DNA of 64,000 bases, taken from assembly GCA_046331705.1 (NCBI GenBank), contig JAXLQJ010000005.1, positions 124,001 through 188,000 on the forward strand. The letters are read 5' to 3'. Position 1 is the first letter of the stretch. Each line of letters opens with the position of its first letter. Made by a program: the position numbers and the translations under genes. Source of the DNA: a bacterium. Its GTDB lineage: Bacteria > JADJOY01. Shown piece by piece: positions 57,672-64,000 of the stretch. The notes under the pieces were generated by a model that was not told the origin of the DNA, ran no database searches, and worked only from the letters and a program-made list of their open reading frames with translations.

Positions 57672-59072
57672 ATGACGACGACACGCCGCGTACCGCTGGT
57701 CGTGGTCGGCGCGGGTGCCGCCGGGATCTTCGCCGCGCTCGCCGCGCGCGGGGCGATCGCCGGCGACGGCTCCTTCCGGACGCCGGCCTCCACGTCGCCC
57801 GAGGTGCTGCTCGTCGACGGCAGCCGGCGCCCGGGGGCGAAGATCCTGGTCTCGGGCGGCGGGCGCTGCAACGTGACCAATGCCCGCGTGCGCCCCACCG
57901 ACTTCGAGACGGACGCCCCTCACGCGCTGCGCGCCATCCTCGCAGCGTTCCCGCCCGAAGCGGTCCGGCGCTTCTTCGCGTCGCGCGGTGTGCCGCTCCA
58001 CGAGGAAGCCCTGGGCAAGCTCTTCCCCGTCACCGACGATGCGCGCACCGTGCTCGCGGCGCTCGGCGGCGCGCTCGTCGACGCAGGCGTTCACACCGAT
58101 TTCGGTGCCGTCGTCGCGAAGCTCGAGCGCGCCGACGGCGGGTTCGCCGTCACTCGCACGGGTCGCGACGATGGGATCGCGGCAGCGCGACTGGTGGTGG
58201 CGACGGGCGGGCGAAGTCTCCCGAAGACCGGCTCGACTGGCGCGGGGTACGGCTTCGCGGAAGCGCTCGGGCTCGCGGTGCTTCCCCAGCAACCGGCCCT
58301 GACGCCGCTCGTCCTCGGCCCCGCTCACCCGCTCGAGGGGCTCGCCGGGATGACCGTGCCGGCGCTCCTCACGCTGGTGCAGCGCGGCACGCCAGACGAA
58401 CAGATCGCGGGAGCACGCTTTCGTCCCCTCGCCCGCGCTGCCGGCAGTCTGCTCGTGACCCATCGCGGCATCTCCGGTCCCGCAGCGCTCGACGTGAGCG
58501 CCGGTTGCGCCCGTTCCCTGGCGACCGGCGAGGGTGCCGAGCTGGTCGCCGACCTGTGGGCGCTCGGCGGAACCCGTGGCGAGGCCTTCGGCTTTTCGCG
58601 CGCCGGGAAGCCGCCGGGAGCCTGCGTGCCTCCCGATCTCGCGCCGGCCTCGATCCGGTTCGAGGAATTTCACGCGGAGGTCGGCGCTGTGGCGGACGCG
58701 CGCGCCATCGGCCCCACCCTTGCGGCGGTGCTGCCGCAGCGACTCGTCGAGCGGGTGCTCGCCGTTGCCGGGCTCGAGGCGCGCCGTGCCATCGACAGCC
58801 TTCCGCTCGGCCAGTGGCGCAAGCTCTTCCGCGCGGTCGCACGCGTGCGACTGCCGCTCGCCGGAACCGCCGGCTACGCCAAGGCCGAAGTCACGAGCGG
58901 AGGCATACCGCTCGCTTCGCTCGGGCGTACCACGCTCGAAGCGCGGGACGCGCCCGGGCTGCATTTCTGCGGAGAGGTCGTGAACGTCACCGGCCGACTG
59001 GGCGGCTTCAACTTCCAGTGGGCGTGGGCGAGCGGGGTCGCGGCGGGTCGCGCCGCAGCCTCCGCGAGCTGA
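57672..59072 (+). CDS. HI0933/BaiN-family FAD-dependent oxidoreductase
   Basis: VVGAGAAG, GAKILVSGGGRCNVTN, ATGGRS.PKTGSTG.GY, THRGISGPA, AEVTSGG, GGFNFQWAWASG. Confidence 0.9.
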   Translation: MTTTRRVPLVVVGAGAAGIFAALAARGAIAGDGSFRTPASTSPEVLLVDGSRRPGAKILVSGGGRCNVTNARVRPTDFETDAPHALRAILAAFPPEAVRRFFASRGVPLHEEALGKLFPVTDDARTVLAALGGALVDAGVHTDFGAVVAKLERADGGFAVTRTGRDDGIAAARLVVATGGRSLPKTGSTGAGYGFAEALGLAVLPQQPALTPLVLGPAHPLEGLAGMTVPALLTLVQRGTPDEQIAGARFRPLARAAGSLLVTHRGISGPAALDVSAGCARSLATGEGAELVADLWALGGTRGEAFGFSRAGKPPGACVPPDLAPASIRFEEFHAEVGAVADARAIGPTLAAVLPQRLVERVLAVAGLEARRAIDSLPLGQWRKLFRAVARVRLPLAGTAGYAKAEVTSGGIPLASLGRTTLEARDAPGLHFCGEVVNVTGRLGGFNFQWAWASGVAAGRAAASAS

Positions 59073-59078
59073 CCGGCG

Positions 59079-59549
59079 TCAAATTGCCGCCGCAGGCTCC
59101 GGAAAGCTGGCGGCGTGCTTCGCGATCCACTCGCACGCGGCCTCGCTTCGTGTGAGCTTCCGGCCTTCGCGAACGCGTATCCGCTCCTGATACTCCTGGA
59201 TGTGGCAGACCTGCTCGATCATGCGCGCGCGGTAGGCGGTGTCGCCGCCCAGGAACTGGATGCCGACGTCGAACCCGTCCGCGGTGGCCTTGCACCAGGC
59301 CACCTGCCCCACGATGGTGGCGGCGGGGTCGAGCGCTCGAATGCGGATCGATACCGTGGTGCCGGGACGAATCGGGCTCGGGGTGGAGAACGCGAGGCCG
59401 CCGTAGCCGAGATCTCGGATCGGCTGCAAGCGCGCGGGCCGCTCGCTGGCGACGGTCACCGCGATCGGGATGGAGGCGGGGTGACGGATGAACTCGCGCC
59501 GCTCGCGCGCTTCCGATGCCGGCGTGCGAGTGTCTTCCACTCGTTCCAT
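59079..59549 (-). CDS. PilZ domain protein
   Basis: ERREFIR (RxxxR), DLGYGGL, VAWC..VGIQF; tail RMIEQVCHI..AACEWI. Confidence 0.82.
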   Translation of the reverse strand: MERVEDTRTPASEARERREFIRHPASIPIAVTVASERPARLQPIRDLGYGGLAFSTPSPIRPGTTVSIRIRALDPAATIVGQVAWCKATADGFDVGIQFLGGDTAYRARMIEQVCHIQEYQERIRVREGRKLTRSEAACEWIAKHAASFPEPAAAI

Positions 59550-59919
59550 CGCCCCGCGCTGACGTCCGGCGATGCGTGCAACCGAGGTTCGTGGTGCGCT
59601 TCTCATGGCCCCTCCGGCATCCTGCCGCGGGCATGTCGGGCTCGCGTGACGCTCGAACCGTGACTGCAAAGCTCCTGCCCACGCGAGCACGAACCCGGCA
59701 CGTCGCCTAACCGCGCGCGACGTCGGACCTTTTGCCAACACGGACGGTGCGTCGGCGCGCCGCCCGAGCAGGACCGACCGGAATCGGCAATTCCGTCCTA
59801 GTCCACTTCGACCCAGCGCACGAATTGCGTCGTGAGCGCGGCCCGATCCCTCGCCTCGGCGGGAGATCGAGCGCCCAAGTGGCGCCCATGATCGCGCCAG
59901 CGCCGCTCGCGAGCGCGGA

Positions 59920-60972
59920 TCAGCGCGGCGCGACGGGCAGCATTCGCGGGGCAGGCGTCCGGAGGCGCAGCGCCGGCACGGGCGGCTCGGGCGCGGCCAT
60001 CGTCTCGACGCCGATGGCGCGCAGGAGCTCGGCGTCGGCGTCCGTCTCCGGATTCGGCGTCGTGAGCAGCCGCTCGCCGTAGAAGATCGAGTTGGCGCCG
60101 GCGAGGAAGCACAGCACCTGCGCTTCCCGCGTGAGGCTGGTGCGACCGGCGCTGAGCCGCACCTGGGTGCTCGGCATCAGGATGCGCGCGGTCGCGATCA
60201 TGCGGACGAGATCGAGCGGATCGAAGCTCCGTTCCGCTTCGAGCGGCGTCCCCTCGACGCGCACCAAACCGTTGATCGGCACGCTCTCGGGGTGCGGATC
60301 GAGATTCGCGAGCGTCGCCAGCAGGCCGGCGCGGTCGCGAAGCGACTCGCCCATGCCGATGATCCCGCCGCAACACACCGTGATTCCCGCCTCGCGGACG
60401 TTCGCGAGTGTCCGCAGCCGATCCTCGTAGGTCCGGGTGCTGACGATCTCGCCGTAGTACTCGGGGCTGGTGTCGAGATTGTGGTTGTACGCGGTGAGGC
60501 CCGCCTCCGCGAGCCGGTGGGCTTGCGAAGCGGTGAGCATGCCGAGGGTGACGCACGCCTCGAGCCCGAGCGCGCTCACACCGCGCACCATCTCGAGCAC
60601 CGCGTCGAACTCGGCGCCGTCGCGCACCTCGCGCCACGCCGCCCCCATGCAGAATCGCGAGGCGCCCACCTCGCGGGCGCGCCGCGCCGCGGCCAGCACG
60701 TCGTCCACGAGCATCATCGGCTGCTTGTCGACGGGCGTCTCGTAATGCGCGGATTGCGGGCAATAGCCGCAGTCCTCCGGGCAGCCGCCGGTCTTGATGC
60801 TGAGCAACGTCGCGAGCTGCACGGTGTTGGGGCGATTGTGGGCGTGGTGCACGAGGCTAGCGCGGTGCACCAGCTCGAGGAGCGGCGAGCTCAGGATGGA
60901 GACGATCTCGTCGACGGACCAATCGTGGCGGACGGCTGGCTCGACGTTCGCGACGGCAGCGCTGGTGCTCAT
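59920..60972 (-). CDS. bioB: Biotin synthase
   Basis: [67 protein letters not shown]. Confidence 0.96.
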   Translation of the reverse strand: MSTSAAVANVEPAVRHDWSVDEIVSILSSPLLELVHRASLVHHAHNRPNTVQLATLLSIKTGGCPEDCGYCPQSAHYETPVDKQPMMLVDDVLAAARRAREVGASRFCMGAAWREVRDGAEFDAVLEMVRGVSALGLEACVTLGMLTASQAHRLAEAGLTAYNHNLDTSPEYYGEIVSTRTYEDRLRTLANVREAGITVCCGGIIGMGESLRDRAGLLATLANLDPHPESVPINGLVRVEGTPLEAERSFDPLDLVRMIATARILMPSTQVRLSAGRTSLTREAQVLCFLAGANSIFYGERLLTTPNPETDADAELLRAIGVETMAAPEPPVPALRLRTPAPRMLPVAPR

Positions 60973-61074
60973 GAAGACCTCCGAACCAACGAGCCTACGT
61001 GCGCGTCTCGCACGCATCAACCCGCCGCGGGTGCCGTTCCACGGGCCGCTCGTGCGGTGCGCGCCCCGCTCGGC

Positions 61075-61914
61075 TCATGAATCGGCGGCGATCACCTCGG
61101 GGGGCTCGACGTGGCCCGCCGCGATCGCCCGCGCCACCAGAGCGCGCAACGCGTCGACGTCGGCCAGCGATTTGCCGGCGGTCTCGATCGGCTCGCCCAC
61201 CACCACGCGCAGCTCGCGAATCCGGTGCGCGAGCGCACGGCCGAACACCCGCCGTCGCGGCGCCGCCAGCCGTTCTTCGACGGTGATGGGCACCAGCGGC
61301 ACCTGCGCCTCGATGGCCAGCACGAAGGCTCCGCGCTTGAGCGGTCGGAGCTCGCCGTCGTACGAGCGACGGCCTTCGGCGAAGACCAGCAGCGAGTGGC
61401 CCCGCGCCATCTCGGCCAGCGCGAGGCGGTACGCGCGGCTGCGGGTGTCGGGATCGCCGAGGCGCACGAACACCATGCCGCTCTTCTCCGCGGCCCACCC
61501 GTAGCCCGGGATCTTGCGCAACCCGGGCTTCATGAGCGCGCGCCACTGGAAGCGCGCGGCGGCGGCGAAGGCGTAGAAGTCGAACTCGCTCGCGTGATTG
61601 GCGACCAGCACCCAGGGGCGACGCGGATCGAGCCGCTCGAAGCCGATGGCCGTCCACCGCACGCCGCACATCGCCAGCGTCACCCGCCCCCAGAAGCGCG
61701 CGAAGATCGCCTGGCCGATCGAGCCGCCGTTGGGATGAACCGCGACCAGCACCAGCGACGGGATCGCGATCACGACGTGCCAGAAGAGAATCACCGCCGC
61801 ACGCCACAGCGAGAGCAGCGCGTCGCCAGCGCACGGGCCGCGCGACTCGGAACGAGGTGACGTCGCGGCGGCGGGATCGGGCGCCGCGGCGGGAGTGCTC
61901 GGCGGCTCGCTCAT
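61075..61914 (-). CDS. 1-acyl-sn-glycerol-3-phosphate acyltransferase (PlsC family)
   Basis: ANHASEFD (HX4D), FAEGRRS, LKRGAF, VPLVPI; ATGA overlap with the upstream gene. Confidence 0.85.
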   Translation of the reverse strand: MSEPPSTPAAAPDPAAATSPRSESRGPCAGDALLSLWRAAVILFWHVVIAIPSLVLVAVHPNGGSIGQAIFARFWGRVTLAMCGVRWTAIGFERLDPRRPWVLVANHASEFDFYAFAAAARFQWRALMKPGLRKIPGYGWAAEKSGMVFVRLGDPDTRSRAYRLALAEMARGHSLLVFAEGRRSYDGELRPLKRGAFVLAIEAQVPLVPITVEERLAAPRRRVFGRALAHRIRELRVVVGEPIETAGKSLADVDALRALVARAIAAGHVEPPEVIAADS

Positions 61915-63176
61915 TCGTCCGCGCGCGGCCCTGGGGCCACCTCGAGGGGATGCGCGACGAGCCGCGTGAACTCCTCCGGACCGCGCTCGTCGCCAGGGCG
62001 AGGAAAGATCGTGACCGAGGTCGCGCGCCACGCGCGCCCGCTCACGCCGCCGGTGGAGCGGAGCACGAAGCCGAGCGGGCCGACCGCGGGCACGCCGGCG
62101 CGCTCGACTCGCTGGTCGCCGCAGCGAAGCCGCGCCTCGAAGGGGGCGGCCGGATCGAGGACCAACACGTTCGCGATCGTCGCTGCGTCGCTGGAAACAC
62201 GCCAGCCGGTGAACGGCTCTCCATCGAGCGGCAGAGGAGCGTCCCCGCCGCGACCGTCGAGCACGGCGCGGCCACCGGCGCCCGTCAGCACCCGAAACGG
62301 CGCCGCGTCCGCGCGCCACCAGCCGGAGAGCTCGATCGTGAGTCGACTCACCACGTAGTCGACGATCGCGGGCAGCTCGAGGCGCACGGGAAACGTGTAG
62401 TGGTACGGGTAGAAACGCGCTTGCTGCGTGCTCTCGGCGGTGGTGCGACCGAAGGGTAACCGGACCCGGTAGCCGATCTCGCGCAGCACGACGATCGGGC
62501 CGCCCTCGAGGTCGAGGAGCTCGGATACCAGATCGTCGCGATTGGTCTCGACGTCCACGCCGATCGCGATCAGCCGTGCCTGCGACGCGGACTCGAGACC
62601 GGCGAAGACGTTCCGCCCATTCCCTCCGCAGCGGGGCATCACCGCCAGGGTCGCGAAGAGCGCGGGATCGTGCGCCTCGAACGCGATGTCGTAGCAGCGC
62701 GCGGTGATGCGACGCGACTCGCGGGCGTAGAGCGTCGGCGCGAAATCGGCGCTCGCGTCCGATCCGACCGCATCCGGCGCCGTGCCGACGTAGAAGAAGC
62801 CCCGCGCTTCGTCGAGTGGATCGCGCACGCGCACGGCGCGCAGGCCCGCCGCGCGGGCGGCGGGCGCCTCGCCGCCGATGCTCTCGGCGAGCACGACGGC
62901 CGTCGGCACGGCACCCGGCAGCCGTTGCTGCGGCACCGCGATCCAGGCGTCGCCTTGGAACGCGAACACACGTTCTCCCGCACCGACCGGGGCGATCTCG
63001 ACGGGCTCGAAATAGCGCTCGGCGCGGATCGGCTCGAAGGAGGAGGAGGCCTCGCTCGTCGCGGCGCGCACGGACGGCGCGCTCGCGAGGCCGAGCGCGC
63101 CGAGCGCGCCGAGCACAGCGAGCAACGGGACGCCCGCAGCGGACGGCGCGCGCGGGCCACCGGCCCGCTCACTCAT
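61911..63176 (-). CDS. Hypothetical exported protein
   Basis: Signal peptide (..SVRA); beta-rich composition; tightly coupled to the PAP2 and acyltransferase genes. Confidence 0.65.
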   Translation of the reverse strand: MSERAGGPRAPSAAGVPLLAVLGALGALGLASAPSVRAATSEASSSFEPIRAERYFEPVEIAPVGAGERVFAFQGDAWIAVPQQRLPGAVPTAVVLAESIGGEAPAARAAGLRAVRVRDPLDEARGFFYVGTAPDAVGSDASADFAPTLYARESRRITARCYDIAFEAHDPALFATLAVMPRCGGNGRNVFAGLESASQARLIAIGVDVETNRDDLVSELLDLEGGPIVVLREIGYRVRLPFGRTTAESTQQARFYPYHYTFPVRLELPAIVDYVVSRLTIELSGWWRADAAPFRVLTGAGGRAVLDGRGGDAPLPLDGEPFTGWRVSSDAATIANVLVLDPAAPFEARLRCGDQRVERAGVPAVGPLGFVLRSTGGVSGRAWRATSVTIFPRPGDERGPEEFTRLVAHPLEVAPGPRADE

Positions 63177-63825
63177 CCCAGCTCGCAACTCGCGCCGCCC
63201 GCCAGGCGCGCGCGGACGCGGCGAGCGAACGGCGGTAGACCAGCCACGCGAGCAGCGCGCCCGCCGGCACGTCCACCACGAAATGCCGCTTCACCAGCAC
63301 GGTGGAGACGGCGATCGCCGCCGTCGAGAGCCAGATCGGCGCGCGCCAGCGCGGGCAGGTGTCGTGGATGGAGAGCGCCGACCAGGTCGCGAGCGCCACG
63401 TGCAGGCTCGGAAAGGCGTTGAAGCCGTAGTCGGCGAAGAGCGCGTTCTTGCGGAGGATCCACTCGCCCGCGGCGTCCCCGAGCGGCGGATACGCCATCC
63501 GCGCCGGCAGCAGCACGAAGGTCGCGAAGCTCACGGCCAGCACCCCGGCGACCGCGCGTGTCGCCGTGACGAAGAGCCGCGCGTCGCGCGCCACGAGCGG
63601 TGGCAGCAGGATTTGGAGGTAGCAGAGCGCGTAGGCGTACGCCGCCGCCGGCACGTACGGCAACGCCGCATCGAGCGGCGTCGCGAGGTCGATTCCCGCA
63701 ACGCCGCCGCGCACCAGCAGTCTCGGGATGCCGAAGTAGCCGAGCCCGAAGAAGGTGGCGAGACCGATGCCCGCCGCGAGCGTGCGCGCACGACTGGGGC
63801 GGTCGCGCCGATCCGCGCCGCTCAG
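63169..63825 (-). CDS. PAP2-superfamily membrane phosphatase/phosphotransferase
   Basis: LDAALPYVP, NAFPSLH, STVLVKRHFVVDV motifs; start uncertain, placed at the upstream gene's stop. Confidence 0.8.
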   Translation of the reverse strand: MSGADRRDRPSRARTLAAGIGLATFFGLGYFGIPRLLVRGGVAGIDLATPLDAALPYVPAAAYAYALCYLQILLPPLVARDARLFVTATRAVAGVLAVSFATFVLLPARMAYPPLGDAAGEWILRKNALFADYGFNAFPSLHVALATWSALSIHDTCPRWRAPIWLSTAAIAVSTVLVKRHFVVDVPAGALLAWLVYRRSLAASARAWRAARVASWDE

Positions 63826-63998
63826 CCGCGGAGCTCCTCGAGCTTCGCCAGCACCTCGTCGACGTGGCCCGCGACCTTCACCTTGGGCCACGACGCGCGC
63901 ACGACACCCTTCGGATCGAGCAGCACGGTGCTGCGGATGATTCCCATCATGCTGCGCCCGTACATCTTCTTCTCGCCCCAGGCGCCGTAGGCCTCGAT
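63822..63998 (-). CDS. bcp: Second Bcp/PrxQ peroxiredoxin, C-terminal part (5' end beyond the window)
   Basis: My translation, absent from the ORF track: IEAYGAWGEKKMYGRSMMGIIRSTVLLDPKGVVRASWPKVKVAGHVDEVLAKLEELRG*. Confidence 0.85.
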   Translation of the reverse strand: MEAYGAWGEKKMYGRSMMGIIRSTVLLDPKGVVRASWPKVKVAGHVDEVLAKLEELRG

Positions 63999-64000
63999 CA

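Overview
A very GC-rich, gene-dense chromosomal segment. Gene content (MJ0042-type zinc-ribbon/DnaJ/TPR, FHA-EAL, CSLREA/TSP3 surface protein) suggests a Myxococcota/Binatia/deltaproteobacteria-like host; this is inference only. The left 18 kb holds two convergent respiratory operons. (i) On +: the 3' part of a cytochrome bd-like oxidase subunit, three c-type cytochromes (one fused to an EbdC/NxrC-like heme-b domain), then an accessory module of a tandem-USP/Zn-finger protein, GNAT, Mrp, a small Zn-ribbon protein and an AhbD/NirJ-like radical SAM. Five PCP_red-like (DPOR BchB C-terminal) domains are spread over three of these proteins. (ii) On -: actC-actD-actF with no actA/B/E, a cupredoxin-like protein and an A1-type heme-copper oxidase whose subunit I lacks the K-channel lysine. 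Next come an Mla/Pqi-type ABC system, c-di-GMP and two-component genes, hflX and a likely sigma54-dependent sRNA with C-rich loops. These are followed by a GH10 lipoprotein, a glycoconjugate-modification cluster (CofD/YvcK-GT2, B12 radical SAM, GT2, HAD-nucleotidyltransferase, methyltransferase, GT-C) and a GMC oxidoreductase behind a KstR-type palindrome. The right end has a multiply frameshifted CSLREA gene and general genes (two bcp, amidohydrolase, Fpg/Nei, M43 protease, HI0933 flavoprotein, PilZ, bioB, acyltransferase, PAP2). No rRNA, tRNA, CRISPR array or mobile element was recognised. All family calls come from motif recognition by eye, not database searches.
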